Positions 20,383-31,526 of a stretch of 64,000 nt of DNA are shown here, piece by piece (within the stretch, counting starts at the first letter, position 1; the number at the start of each line of letters is the position of its first letter). The stretch spans positions 4,320,001 through 4,384,000 of the forward strand of contig OY776510.1 in assembly GCA_963675665.1 (NCBI GenBank). The letters run 5' to 3'. A model generated the notes under the pieces. That model had not been told where the DNA came from and did not search any database. It worked only from the letters and a program-made list of their open reading frames with translations. Source of the stretch: Spirochaetia bacterium. GTDB lineage: Bacteria; Spirochaetota; Spirochaetia; UBA9216. The position numbers were made by a program, and so were the translations under genes.

Positions 20383-21206
20383 AGTTTTTTCTTCTTATAG
20401 ATTCGTTTAGCGTGGTCCAGCATATCAAAATATTCATTTACGTTACTGTATGCCAGGCTCTCCTTTGTCCCGATACATAAATATCCGCTGCGGACAATAC
20501 TGTCGGTCAGCATTTTCAGCACCCTGTTTTGGAGCTCAGTATTGAAGTAAATCAACACATTTCTGCAAAGAACCAGGTTCATCTCACCGAAAGAGCTGTC
20601 GCAGACAAGGTTATGGTTTGTGAATATTATTTTCTTTTTAAGTTGCTCATTCATTATTACAGAATCATAGCCGGCATGATAGTAATTTGAAAAATCCTCT
20701 ATTCCGCCGGAATTTTGATAGTTTCGAATAAAGTCTTTAACCCTTTTTATATCATAAATACCTTTACTTGCAATATTGAGTGAAGAATCGTTAAAATCGG
20801 TAGCATATATTTTTACTCTTTCATAAAGCCCGGTCTCGCAGCATAAAATTGCAAGTGAATATGCTTCCTCACCCGTTGCGCATCCCGCCGTCCAGATTTT
20901 TACACTGGAGTAGGACTTAAGAAGCGGCAAAACCTCATCACGCAGATATTTAAAAACCCCGGGGTCACGAAACATCTCGGAGACAGGTATAGACAGATAC
21001 TGAACCAGCTCAGACATAAGATCAGGATTACGAAGAAGATCGGGAATAACAGATGAAATATGAATATAGTTCTTCTTTTCGCAGAATAAACTCAACCTAC
21101 GGTAGACTGAAGCCTTCGAATATGAGTAGAAATCATAACCGTATCTGTTGTTCAAGGCTTTTATTACGAGCTCCATTTCAATTTGCTCAAGTTCTCTGTC
21201 TTCCAA
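20379..21206 (-). CDS. cheR: CheR methyltransferase
   Basis: YGYDF, VSEMFRDP, WTAGCATGEE, CRNVLIYF. Likely TTG start at 21206. Confidence 0.92.
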   Translation of the reverse strand: MEDRELEQIEMELVIKALNNRYGYDFYSYSKASVYRRLSLFCEKKNYIHISSVIPDLLRNPDLMSELVQYLSIPVSEMFRDPGVFKYLRDEVLPLLKSYSSVKIWTAGCATGEEAYSLAILCCETGLYERVKIYATDFNDSSLNIASKGIYDIKRVKDFIRNYQNSGGIEDFSNYYHAGYDSVIMNEQLKKKIIFTNHNLVCDSSFGEMNLVLCRNVLIYFNTELQNRVLKMLTDSIVRSGYLCIGTKESLAYSNVNEYFDMLDHAKRIYKKKKL

Positions 21207-21207
21207 C

Positions 21208-24200
21208 CTATTCCTGCCTGTATAACCAAACCTTGATAAGTGATAGCAGCTTCTCACTGTCCACCGGCTTTGTCAGATAATCATTGGCACCCGCTTTAAG
21301 ACATTTTTCCCTGTCGCCCTTCATCGCCTTGGCAGTAAGCGCAATAACAGGTATATCTTTCATATCCTCATCTGCTTTCATTCTTCGTATAGCTTCATAG
21401 CCGTCCATTTCAGGCATCATTATATCCATCAGAACCAAATCAACATCATTATTTTCAGCAAGAAGCTTAAGCGCCTTTTCACCTGATTCAGCCTTTAATG
21501 TATCAAACCCCCTGGCGCCAAGAATTTTCGAGAGAGCAAACAGGGTCCGCATATCATCATCGACTATAAGTATTCGCCCTTCAACAAAAGCTACTCCCGA
21601 TTCTTTCATTACCGAATTGATTTGTTTCTTTGTGCTTACCCCCGATTCAACAACCTTGTGCAAAAAGAGCGAAACTTCATCTATAAGGCGGTTGTCGGAT
21701 CTTATATCCTTGATAATTATTGAACTGCTGTATTCATTAAGTATTATTTCTTCCTCTTCTGTAATATCTTTGCCGGTATAGATTATGACCGGAGGAAGAG
21801 GACTGTCGGTATCAAGCTTTCTTATCTTTTTAAGAAGTTCATTGCCGCTTATATCAGGCAGACCGAGATCAAGAATTAAACAATGGAAAGTATCGTTTTC
21901 AAGAAGCTTTAAAGCACCCTTGCCGGTCCGGACCTGTGTAACCTCTATGCTCTCGTCGGGAAATAATCCTGCAATATGCTTGCTCAAAACCTTGTCGTCT
22001 TCAATTATCAGAAGTTTTCTTACCCGGTCGGCACTCAATACCGATAATTTTCTAATTACATCATCTATCTGCTCTTTTGATACAGGTTTGTTCAGAAAAC
22101 CTATGGCACCTTCCTTGTAAACATCTATTGTCGGTGATTGCACGGAGATAATATGAACCGGAATATGCATAGTAAGTTTATTCTCCTTTAACCGCTTTAG
22201 AACCCCGTGACCGTCAATTCCGGGAAGCTGCATGTCAAGAATTATACCGTCGGGCAGGTATTTTGCTGCAAGAAAGACTCCTTTATACCCGTCAAGCGCG
22301 CTTATACACTTGTACCCTTCCTTTCTGCAATGTTTCATTACAATTTTCTGAAATTTGGCATCGTCTTCAATGATAAGGATTACCTTGTCATCATCAGTAA
22401 TAGAGGTGCGATCATCAGCAACCTCTTTTTCAGGCAAGAGTTCAGACTCAATTGTCTTCAGTTCTTCAGCAGGTACTTTATCCCCGATCTCTTTTTCATT
22501 CTTTACGTCTGTTACTATCAAATCGGTAGGTAGATACAGACTGAAACGGCTGCCCTCTCCGGGTTTGCTTTCCAGCTCTATTTCTCCCTGTAAAAGCGCG
22601 GCAAGTTCGCGGACAATCGATAGCCCGAGTCCCGTGCCTCCATACCGCCTGGAGGTGCTGCCGTCGGCCTGCTGGAAAGCTTCAAATATAATCTGTTGCT
22701 GTTCGCCGGATATACCTATCCCGGTATCAACAACATCAATTCGGATGCCTCCGACACTAATTCTATCCGATTTTGAAAAGACAACATTTACTTCTCCGAC
22801 CGAAGTAAATTTTATAGCATTACCTAAAAGGTTGCGAATTATCTGCTCCAGCCTCATATTGTCGGTTCGAATTGACTCCGGAGTTTCCTTATTTATAATT
22901 ACCGTAAAACCAATAGATTTTTCATTTGCCATCCTTAAGAAAGCTGTCTCAATGCTGTTTTTCAGATTGCTTAAATAAACCTGGTCAATATAAAGTTCGA
23001 GCCGTCCCGCTTCAATTCTTGAAAGGTCAAGAATCTGGTTTATAAGATTCAGCAGATCATTTCCGCCGTTATAAATAATTTCCGCAGATTCAACCTGATC
23101 ATCCGTTAAATTACCCTCTTCATTGCCTGCAAGCTCTTTGGCCAGCAGCAGCAGACTGTTCAGCGGAGTTCTTAATTCATGAGACATATTTGAAAGAAAC
23201 TCGGATTTATACTTGCTTGCAAGGATCAAATTCCTTGCCTTTTCTTCAAGTTTTTTTCTTGCTGCAGATATCTGATGCTGTTTTTCCTCAAGCAGATTGT
23301 TCTTTTCTTCCAGTTCAACATTAGATTCTTCAAGCTCTACCCTCTGCTCAAGAAGCTTTGATTCTGATATCCTCAGTTGCCGCGACTGCTCTTCCAGTTC
23401 CTCGTTTGATACACGAAGTTCTTCCTGCTGCGCCTGCAGCTCCTGCTTCTGTTCTTCGGTTTTTCGTAAAAGCGCCCTTTCCTGTTCCATACTTTGCAGA
23501 CTGCTCAACGCAATTGCTATGCTCTCGGAAATTTCTTCGAGGTAATTTTGAGTCAGCTTGCCAATCTCAGTGGTGAACGCAAGCTCTACAACACCTTTAA
23601 CATCTTTGGAATAAACCAGGGGTATTATTATTATCTTTTTCGGGACCGCCTTAACCATATCAGAACCGTAGTAGATATAATTTTCAGGCGGCTTATCTAC
23701 CACCCGGATTATTCTGTCTGCAGCAGCCTGACCGACAAACCCCTCATTGAGTGAAAAAGTATCCGGTACATCTTCATCCGTCAGATAGTTGTAAGCAGTT
23801 GTTCTTTTAAGCACTCCCTCTTTCATAATAAAGAATGCGCCTATATCGGCATGAGTATATTCACAAATTTCATTCAGTACATCGTTACAGAGTTTTTTAA
23901 TATCATCCCGACCCCTGATCGATTCCGCCATCCGGTTCTGGCCCGTCTGAAGCCAGTCCCTGATTTTCAGGTTTTCAGTCTGCTCTTCAAGCATATCCAT
24001 CATCTGATCATACGCCTGTGAGATAAGCCCGACTTCATCCTTTGTCTTGATATTCGTGCGCTCAGCAAGATTATCCGGACCAACGGCTTTTACTGCGGAA
24101 TTCAGCTTTGAAAGCGGGCCAGTTATAGATTTTGATATAAGAAACGATATGATAATCGCAACAGCAAGAATTATAAGCAATATAATATATGTCGTTGTTC

Positions 24201-25053
24201 TGAGTTTAAATACGCTCATAAGCACTTCTTCGGCTTTCTGCTCAATTATCAGCTTCCATGCTTCTTCATGACCTGGTATGGTTTCGGTTGCATATGCACA
24301 TAATGTATTTACGCCGTTTACTTTCTCCGCAAAAAATCCACGCGACTTCGAGGCTTTTAAATAAACCGGATCTTCCTTATGCTGTTCCAGCGGTCTGAAA
24401 GATCCGGTTGAATATAATAGCTGCCCCTGCCCGTTATACAGGCGAACCCTGGTTGTCTTATACACTTTGCCTTTAAGTTCCACTATATGGGTAAGTGTCG
24501 CCATATTTATATATGCCCTAAGTACTCCTGAAAAATTATTATCATCATCTTCAAGTTTAATTGAAACAGGAAAATACAATTCACCGGTTATTGCCGACTG
24601 CTCAATACCGTATTGGTGAAAACCTTCTTCAACAGTCGGAGCCCACCAGTGTTCATCCGAAAAAGTCCTTCCCACTTCATTTTCCACAGCCGTGTCGGCA
24701 ATACAGATACCTTCAGAATCCATCAGCTTTATCCTGTCGAAAATCTGGTACCCGTAGATGTAGAACATTTTTTTCATCAGATTTTCCTCGATGAATAATT
24801 CCACATTTTCAATTTCCCAGATTCTTGAAGCTGATGCGACCAGTAAAAGCTGTGATTGCTGTCTGTCAATTTCCATTTTTAAATCGGTAATATACCCATC
24901 TGCAAACTGCAGTGAATTCAACTGCACTTCTTCCGTCAAAGCTTTTACCGAAGCACCGGAAGAAAAGAACCCAAAGATTGCTATACATGCACAAAGGATA
25001 ATGAAACCTGACAACAATCTCGATTGTATACTGAACCCGATATTTTTATTCAT
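21208..25053 (-). CDS. Hybrid sensor kinase Cache-HAMP-GAF-coiled coil-HisKA-HATPase-3xREC (MAC2-type)
   Basis: 2 TM, HAMP DEVG, GAF, QQEELRVSNEELEEQ coiled coil, SHELRTPLNS, GGTGLGL, and three REC domains. Confidence 0.93.
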   Translation of the reverse strand: MNKNIGFSIQSRLLSGFIILCACIAIFGFFSSGASVKALTEEVQLNSLQFADGYITDLKMEIDRQQSQLLLVASASRIWEIENVELFIEENLMKKMFYIYGYQIFDRIKLMDSEGICIADTAVENEVGRTFSDEHWWAPTVEEGFHQYGIEQSAITGELYFPVSIKLEDDDNNFSGVLRAYINMATLTHIVELKGKVYKTTRVRLYNGQGQLLYSTGSFRPLEQHKEDPVYLKASKSRGFFAEKVNGVNTLCAYATETIPGHEEAWKLIIEQKAEEVLMSVFKLRTTTYIILLIILAVAIIISFLISKSITGPLSKLNSAVKAVGPDNLAERTNIKTKDEVGLISQAYDQMMDMLEEQTENLKIRDWLQTGQNRMAESIRGRDDIKKLCNDVLNEICEYTHADIGAFFIMKEGVLKRTTAYNYLTDEDVPDTFSLNEGFVGQAAADRIIRVVDKPPENYIYYGSDMVKAVPKKIIIIPLVYSKDVKGVVELAFTTEIGKLTQNYLEEISESIAIALSSLQSMEQERALLRKTEEQKQELQAQQEELRVSNEELEEQSRQLRISESKLLEQRVELEESNVELEEKNNLLEEKQHQISAARKKLEEKARNLILASKYKSEFLSNMSHELRTPLNSLLLLAKELAGNEEGNLTDDQVESAEIIYNGGNDLLNLINQILDLSRIEAGRLELYIDQVYLSNLKNSIETAFLRMANEKSIGFTVIINKETPESIRTDNMRLEQIIRNLLGNAIKFTSVGEVNVVFSKSDRISVGGIRIDVVDTGIGISGEQQQIIFEAFQQADGSTSRRYGGTGLGLSIVRELAALLQGEIELESKPGEGSRFSLYLPTDLIVTDVKNEKEIGDKVPAEELKTIESELLPEKEVADDRTSITDDDKVILIIEDDAKFQKIVMKHCRKEGYKCISALDGYKGVFLAAKYLPDGIILDMQLPGIDGHGVLKRLKENKLTMHIPVHIISVQSPTIDVYKEGAIGFLNKPVSKEQIDDVIRKLSVLSADRVRKLLIIEDDKVLSKHIAGLFPDESIEVTQVRTGKGALKLLENDTFHCLILDLGLPDISGNELLKKIRKLDTDSPLPPVIIYTGKDITEEEEIILNEYSSSIIIKDIRSDNRLIDEVSLFLHKVVESGVSTKKQINSVMKESGVAFVEGRILIVDDDMRTLFALSKILGARGFDTLKAESGEKALKLLAENNDVDLVLMDIMMPEMDGYEAIRRMKADEDMKDIPVIALTAKAMKGDREKCLKAGANDYLTKPVDSEKLLSLIKVWLYRQE

Positions 25054-26137
25054 AACTCAGATTCCCGTTTTTAATAACCGCAGGCATCAGTTCAAAATCG
25101 AAATCTCTGCTTCCCTCTTTTACAAAGATCTTCCCAAGAGAACCAGTGTTAACGAAACCTCCCGACAACTGCGTCCTGATTTCTTCGCGGTTTATTTCTT
25201 TACCTTCCATCAAGGAAGCGAATATCTTTACTGCCTCGTAACCGTTTGCTCCGTAATGGTTCAAAGGCGTGTTAAATTCAGATTCGAATTTATCTTTAAG
25301 TTCGGCAGCATATGAATAATTACTGTTGTAGATAATCGGTGCGGAACAGCAGATTCCATCTGCAGCGGCAAGCTCTCTCACCTGTGTCTGGCTCGCCGAA
25401 CTGTGCGCCAGAATTACTCCATTATAATCTGCATCATGCAGCTGAATAAGAATATCAGACATATCGGTTGCATAACCGACAACATATACGGATTGTGCTT
25501 TTAGAATATCATCCATATTTTTACCGATATCAGTATTTTCAGGTTCATAAGCAAAACTGCTTATACTGACAGTATTCTCTGCTTTTATTGCTTCCTCAAA
25601 TAAATTCATTATGAAAATACCTAAGGCGTCATTTCTGTATATAACGGCTACATTCTTCAGTCTTTTTTTATCGATGAAATACATAATAGGAGGTATTTCC
25701 TTTGCTGCAGAGACATAAAATCTAAAAATGCAGTCGCCGGTTTTCGTTATCTCTGTATTTGAGCTTACAAGACAAAGCAGGGGCACTTTATTCTGTTGTG
25801 CAAGCGGGGCTATGGCCAACGAGATTGAACTTAAAGCTGTAATGTATATTTCAGGATTATACTCCTGCTCAAGTTCATTAAAAAGCTCAACCGCTTTTTC
25901 CTGACTGGTTTCATTATCCCGGACAATCAGTTCGACAGGACGCTCATTAATACCGCCCCATTCATTCAGTTCTTCAGCAGCAAGCCTTATGCCGTCTGTG
26001 GTTTCAGACATATGGGAACCCGATCCGGTTGAGGATATTATTACAGCAATCCTTACGGGATCATTCTTTACACATGAGGACATAAATACTGCAACCACCA
26101 CCGAAAAGATTAAGAATAATTCAAATTTCTTTTTCAT
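25046..26137 (-). CDS. Periplasmic binding lipoprotein (LivK / branched-chain amino acid type), with no transporter genes adjacent
   Basis: Lipobox FMSSC and WGGINERPVELIVRD. The stop overlaps the kinase start. Confidence 0.8.
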   Translation of the reverse strand: MKKKFELFLIFSVVVAVFMSSCVKNDPVRIAVIISSTGSGSHMSETTDGIRLAAEELNEWGGINERPVELIVRDNETSQEKAVELFNELEQEYNPEIYITALSSISLAIAPLAQQNKVPLLCLVSSNTEITKTGDCIFRFYVSAAKEIPPIMYFIDKKRLKNVAVIYRNDALGIFIMNLFEEAIKAENTVSISSFAYEPENTDIGKNMDDILKAQSVYVVGYATDMSDILIQLHDADYNGVILAHSSASQTQVRELAAADGICCSAPIIYNSNYSYAAELKDKFESEFNTPLNHYGANGYEAVKIFASLMEGKEINREEIRTQLSGGFVNTGSLGKIFVKEGSRDFDFELMPAVIKNGNLSYE

Positions 26138-26157
26138 AATGTATATTCTCCCCATTT

Positions 26158-27330
26158 TTATTCTTTTTCCGAATTCACAGGAAAAGTCAGAATCACATCG
26201 GTTCCTGTTCCGGGTTCACTCTTAATCTCCAGACGGCCACTGTTTCTGCACACTACGCCGTATACCTTGCTTAAACCCAGACCGTTAAACTTCGGCCCCT
26301 TGGTTGTGTAATAAGGTTCACAGCAATGTTTGCTCAACTCTTCGGTCATTCCGCACCCTTTGTCGGAAATGATAATATCCGCAAACGAACCGTCAATCAC
26401 TGATGAAATCTTTATTGCGCTGCCGTTTTCCGAAGCTTCAATCGAATTAGCAACAACCTCTTTAAGAATCTCCGTCAACTCGGCGTCTTTACCTGATATC
26501 TTTGTCCCGTTTGTGTCGGAACTGATAATAATCTTTAATTTTTTATTGATTACCCTTTCATCCGATTTGAAATATTCACCAACGGATTTTAAAAGAACTG
26601 CGACCTCCACATCTCCTGTTATCGAATTCTGATCACTGCTTTTAATATGAAATTCATCCAGTTTCTTTATGCTTCTTTCAATCTGCTCAGCAGACTGGAT
26701 TATCTTCTGAATATAATTAATGGAACCGGAATCTTTGCCGTTTAACCTTTCCAGAAGGGCCTCGGCATATATCATGACGGGAGACAGGGAATTATTTATA
26801 TCATGAGAAATACCGCTTGAGATGAAATCGAGAACCTTCAAACGTTCATTATAAATCTGTTCGTTCTGCATCCGGCTTAATTCATTCAGGGCGTGTTCAA
26901 GTTCTTTTGTTCGTTCTTTTACAAGATCTTCCAGTTCTTCCTGATACCTTTTGTTCTCAGCTTCCAGGCATTTAAGCTTTAATGCATTTTTTACGGATTT
27001 TATAATGGAATTCTTGTCGACGGGTTTAAAAAGATAATCACAGGCTCCAAGCCGCAAGGCTTCAGTTGCAGTTGACACATTTGGTTCTCCGGTAATAACA
27101 ATAACCTTAACGCATGGGCAAACAGTAAGGATTTCTTTAATCAGTTCAACACCGTTAATTCCGGGAAGAAGAATATCGGTAACTATCACATCAAAACAGG
27201 CGGTCTTTATTCTATCAAGAGCGGATTCAGCCTCTCCGACGGTCTCTACGTCATACCCTTCCTTCTCAAGGAATTTTTGCAATGTGAACCTTATACTCTG
27301 CTCATCGTCTACAATCATTATACTATTCAT
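26158..27330 (-). CDS. REC-histidine kinase hybrid
   Basis: IVDDE, VTDILLP, SHDINN, DKGCGM, YYTTK, GLGL. Confidence 0.9.
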   Translation of the reverse strand: MNSIMIVDDEQSIRFTLQKFLEKEGYDVETVGEAESALDRIKTACFDVIVTDILLPGINGVELIKEILTVCPCVKVIVITGEPNVSTATEALRLGACDYLFKPVDKNSIIKSVKNALKLKCLEAENKRYQEELEDLVKERTKELEHALNELSRMQNEQIYNERLKVLDFISSGISHDINNSLSPVMIYAEALLERLNGKDSGSINYIQKIIQSAEQIERSIKKLDEFHIKSSDQNSITGDVEVAVLLKSVGEYFKSDERVINKKLKIIISSDTNGTKISGKDAELTEILKEVVANSIEASENGSAIKISSVIDGSFADIIISDKGCGMTEELSKHCCEPYYTTKGPKFNGLGLSKVYGVVCRNSGRLEIKSEPGTGTDVILTFPVNSEKE

Positions 27331-28430
27331 GATTCGGAACCTGTTCTGGAATTACAGTTAAGCTTGTTCATTATTTCTACCAGATCTTCAATGATATTGA
27401 AAAATGAGTCCGTCACATCCGGATCAAAATGAGAAGCCCTTCCGTTTTTTATTATCTCCGTCGCTTTCTCAACACTAAAAGCTTCTTTATAAGGTCTTTT
27501 GGTCGTCAAGGCATCAAAAACATCAGCAATGGCACATATTCTGCCTTCAACAGGTATTTCAGCTCCCTTAAGTCCTTCCGGATAACCCGAACCGTCCCAC
27601 TTTTCATGGTGCGTAAGGGCAATTACGCGGCCTTTTCTGATAAAGTCATTATTGGAACCCTGCAGTATTTCTGCCCCGATAAACGTGTGCATCTTCATCT
27701 GTTCCCATTCTTCTGAATTGAGCTTTCCTTTCTTCAGAAGGATGTTGTCGGGAATTCCGATCTTACCGATATCATGCATCGATGATGTGTACAGAATTAA
27801 TTCTACTTCGAAATCCGGAAGCCCCATTTCTGCAGCGACTGCAGCCGCATAGCTGCTCATACGCTGTATATGTGTTGCAGTATCCTCGTCCTTATATTCA
27901 GCAGCTCTTGACAGTCTGTGAATTGTATCGAGCGACGCGGTTTTTATTTTAGATAATGCCTGTTCCAGTTGCTGCGTTCTGTCTGCCACCTGCTTTTCCA
28001 GTTCTTTCTGGTAGTTCATCATATGATCGTTATATGCTTTAACTTTTAGTAATGATCTTACTCTTGCGGATAATTCAGCAAAATGGGGAGGTTTTACAAG
28101 AAAATCGTCGGCCCCTGCTTTCAGGGCTTCTATTCTGAGCTCCTGGTCATTCTGTCCCGTTACAATTATGATTGGAATATGCTTCAGTTTATTATTATTT
28201 TTAAGCTTCTTTGTTATTTCAAGACCATTAATGCCAGGCATGTTAATATCAAGAAGCACTACGTCAACTGACTCTGGTGTTATTTGGTCGAGAACCGACA
28301 GCCCGTCATATGCTTCAATAACATCATATCCTTCCAAATCAAGAATATCATGCAAAGATTTTCTTATCTTAGGTTCATCATCAGCTACCATAATTATTGC
28401 TGCTTTTTCAGACTTTTTTTCCCTATTCAT
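27327..28430 (-). CDS. REC-HD-GYP c-di-GMP phosphodiesterase (RpfG-like)
   Basis: REC; HDIGK, HHEKWDGSGYP, ADVFDAL, RPYK. Confidence 0.93.
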   Translation of the reverse strand: MNREKKSEKAAIIMVADDEPKIRKSLHDILDLEGYDVIEAYDGLSVLDQITPESVDVVLLDINMPGINGLEITKKLKNNNKLKHIPIIIVTGQNDQELRIEALKAGADDFLVKPPHFAELSARVRSLLKVKAYNDHMMNYQKELEKQVADRTQQLEQALSKIKTASLDTIHRLSRAAEYKDEDTATHIQRMSSYAAAVAAEMGLPDFEVELILYTSSMHDIGKIGIPDNILLKKGKLNSEEWEQMKMHTFIGAEILQGSNNDFIRKGRVIALTHHEKWDGSGYPEGLKGAEIPVEGRICAIADVFDALTTKRPYKEAFSVEKATEIIKNGRASHFDPDVTDSFFNIIEDLVEIMNKLNCNSRTGSES

Positions 28431-28433
28431 AAC

Positions 28434-31037
28434 TCACCGGCCTCTGTCCGAAACCCTGCCTAAAACTTCCCGCAGGGTTTTAATGCGCGGAGGTTTCGGA
28501 ATGACACAGAACAGTGCATCCGATTGCTGCTCCGCATTTTTCATTTGATGTCCCCATCCGGAAAGCATTACTATAGGGATGTCCGGGTATAATTGTTTTA
28601 TTTCACCGGCTAATTGGTATCCGTCCATTCCCGGCATACCCAGATCCGTAATAATTACATCCGGAAGCGAATTGATCTTGTACATTGATTTAAGCGTATA
28701 TAATGCTTCCAGTCCGCTTTCAACAACAGTTACAAAATGCCCATCTATTGAAAACATCTCTTTTAATCCCTCCAGGATTCTGTAATCGTCGTCAACGCAT
28801 AAAATTTTCATGGGACTGCTGCAGATTTTTTCATCCTCATTACAAAGTCTATTTCTTTCGGAATCAGCCGCAGTTTCTGAAGTGTTGAAAAATAAATTGA
28901 CTGAAGTGCCCTCTCCTGCAGTACTGTTCACCTGCATTTCCCCATTATGCCGCTGAACCATACCGTAAACTTCAGCCAGACCAAGGCCGGTTCCGGCAGC
29001 TCCCTTTGTAGTAAAAAAAGGTTCCATACATTGAGTTAACTGCTCTTTGCTCATTCCAAGTCCGTTATCTGTAACGCTTATCTGAATTTTGCCGCCATTA
29101 AGCTCTTCAGCAAGTATGATTTCTCCACCGTCAGGCATTGCGTCTACCGAATTGAATATACAGTTCATCAGTGATTCTCTGATATCGCTCCGAACTCCAT
29201 TGATTTCAACAGCGTCATCTTCCAAACTCTTTTTTAAAATTATGGAAACTCCCTTTTTATTCGGAATAGTTTTCCATTTCGGTCTTGTCAGTTCAATCAC
29301 ATCATCAAATAGCTCATCTATATTGAGCAACTCCATGTTTTCTTCTTTGTTCTGCTTATAAAAGGTTCTCAGTCTCTGAGTTACATTTTCAATATCTGCC
29401 ACAGCGTTCTGAATATTTCTTAAATATTTTTGTGCCCTGTCGCTGAGACCGATTTCAGTTTCAATCAATGCCTCTGTATACAGTGTAATTGGTGCGAGCG
29501 TATTATTAATATCATGTGTAATTCCACTTGCAATCTGGCCCATTGCCTTGATACGTTCCTGCTTTTTAATTGCCTCCTGGGCTTTTACCAGTTGCGCAAA
29601 GGAATCCTGCGCCTGATTCAGCAGGTTAATATTGGTATTTAGAAGAGATAAAAATTCTGATACTCCTTTTAAAAAGTAAAGATGATTATCATTCAGAAAT
29701 CCATTCTTAACCGCCATTATCAGATTACCTGTCAACCTGTCATTATTGATAATCGGAAGCAGAATTATTTCATTTTTACCTTTATCGATAAGGTTTTTGA
29801 CATAGATTGTAAAATCAGATTCCTCACTGTTCAGCCGCGGATCGGATTCCTGCAGGATAATAATCCTGTGGGTATCGCTGTTTAAAATATGAAAGTCCGA
29901 AGATTTTAATGCCAGATTATGAGTAATGAAATTGTTTTCTTTTAATATCTTAAATTTAAAATTACTGTTATCACTACCTATTGTACAGAATCCGACATAG
30001 CCCGGATTAAAATAATCGTTCAATTTCAGTAAAAAGCATTCATGAAGTTCATTCTCGTCTGCAATTCCTGCAATATCAATAAAGAAACTATTCAGCTTCT
30101 CCATCCATTCCGCTTTCAGATTAAGTTCCAGATGAGCTTTATCAAGCTTTAAATATGTGGTTAAAAAAGCTTCTTCTGATTTTTTCCTTGTTGTTATATC
30201 CTCAATTGAAACTTCACAATACTGCTGGCCGTCAAAACCTTCAATCAGGTTGGCGTTCTCTGAAATCCAGAGCATCTCTCCTTTTTTGCCTTTGAATCGG
30301 GTTTCCAGGTAATTGACTGCTCCGGTCCTCTCAAGCTGGTTCTGCCACTCAATTCTGTCTTCCGGGTTCTCATAATATTTCAGGATGTCTCCGCCCTTTA
30401 GTTCTTCAGGTTTTTTAATCCCCAGAAGCTCCAGCATCTTCCTGTTCATTTCAACAATTCGTTCCATTGAGTCGGTAACATAAAGACCTACCGGAAGATT
30501 GTTAAAAAGATTTTTATATTTGATTTCACTCTCTAAATGTTTTTCCCTGTCCCGCATATTGCAGAAAGTTATTGAAACATTCTTTGCAAAAATTGACGAT
30601 AATTCTATATCTTCATCAATAAATCCGCCCGGTTTATTAGCCAGTCCCATAATTCCAAGTAATTCTTCTTTATAAATAATTGGAGCGAACAGTACGTTAT
30701 CCAGTTTAACATGTCCTGACGGAAGCAGTTCTTTCCATTTGCTTGATTCATAATCATTATCGTAAACAGCGCTCCTCAGCCTGCAGCATTTCTCCCTTAA
30801 GCCCCTTATGGGCATCGGTAATCCCGGGTCGACACTACAGGGACGATTGCCGCTGTCCAGGAAAACAACTTCGTTTTCATTTTTATCGGCGTTGAGCAAG
30901 GCAATATATCCTGAATCGGCGCCGACTATATCTTTACAGGCTGTAAATATTATTTCTGCTGCTTCAGAAAAGGTTTTGCAATCATTAGCCTCCTGCGCAG
31001 CTGAGAAAAAGTTTATAAACTTTGATTGTTCAACCAT
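28434..31037 (-). CDS. Cytoplasmic GAF-PAS-GAF-HK-REC hybrid kinase
   Basis: GAF FLDSGNRPCSVDPGLPMPIRGLR, PAS, THDINN, GTGLGL, REC ITDLGMP. Confidence 0.9.
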   Translation of the reverse strand: MVEQSKFINFFSAAQEANDCKTFSEAAEIIFTACKDIVGADSGYIALLNADKNENEVVFLDSGNRPCSVDPGLPMPIRGLREKCCRLRSAVYDNDYESSKWKELLPSGHVKLDNVLFAPIIYKEELLGIMGLANKPGGFIDEDIELSSIFAKNVSITFCNMRDREKHLESEIKYKNLFNNLPVGLYVTDSMERIVEMNRKMLELLGIKKPEELKGGDILKYYENPEDRIEWQNQLERTGAVNYLETRFKGKKGEMLWISENANLIEGFDGQQYCEVSIEDITTRKKSEEAFLTTYLKLDKAHLELNLKAEWMEKLNSFFIDIAGIADENELHECFLLKLNDYFNPGYVGFCTIGSDNSNFKFKILKENNFITHNLALKSSDFHILNSDTHRIIILQESDPRLNSEESDFTIYVKNLIDKGKNEIILLPIINNDRLTGNLIMAVKNGFLNDNHLYFLKGVSEFLSLLNTNINLLNQAQDSFAQLVKAQEAIKKQERIKAMGQIASGITHDINNTLAPITLYTEALIETEIGLSDRAQKYLRNIQNAVADIENVTQRLRTFYKQNKEENMELLNIDELFDDVIELTRPKWKTIPNKKGVSIILKKSLEDDAVEINGVRSDIRESLMNCIFNSVDAMPDGGEIILAEELNGGKIQISVTDNGLGMSKEQLTQCMEPFFTTKGAAGTGLGLAEVYGMVQRHNGEMQVNSTAGEGTSVNLFFNTSETAADSERNRLCNEDEKICSSPMKILCVDDDYRILEGLKEMFSIDGHFVTVVESGLEALYTLKSMYKINSLPDVIITDLGMPGMDGYQLAGEIKQLYPDIPIVMLSGWGHQMKNAEQQSDALFCVIPKPPRIKTLREVLGRVSDRGR

Positions 31038-31046
31038 GGTAATACC

Positions 31047-31445
31047 TCAATAATCAACAGGAGCAGCTTTTGATTTATTCAAACCATTTACAAATTCCTT
31101 AACAAGCCTGACTGCATCTTTGTGTTCTTTGGCTTTATCAAAAAAATAATCACACCCGTCTTCAAAACATTTCTTTCGGCTCAAACCATCAGAACTGTTT
31201 GTTAAAACAATAATTACCGGTTTGATTGTTTTATCACGCAGATATTTCAGCACATCATATCCTGATCCTTCCGGCATTCTTAAATCAAGCAGAAGAATAT
31301 CCGGGTTGTATTCTTCAATCTTGTTTATTGTGGACTTTGCGGTTGTCGATTCAATTATTGATAGTGACGTGATGTTCTGAAGGAGTCTTTTAATATTTTT
31401 TCTAACCAGAGTTGAGTCGTCAGCTATTAAAAGTTTGATAATCAT
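31047..31445 (-). CDS. Single-domain response regulator
   Basis: LIADDS, LLDLRMP, VLTN, FFDK. Confidence 0.88.
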   Translation of the reverse strand: MIIKLLIADDSTLVRKNIKRLLQNITSLSIIESTTAKSTINKIEEYNPDILLLDLRMPEGSGYDVLKYLRDKTIKPVIIVLTNSSDGLSRKKCFEDGCDYFFDKAKEHKDAVRLVKEFVNGLNKSKAAPVDY

Positions 31446-31526
31446 AATCAGCCATTCCCAAAATGTTTCCAGTTAGAGTGTAAACAATAAAAATTCGGTT
31501 TGATATAATGAAAATGTTGATTTTTT

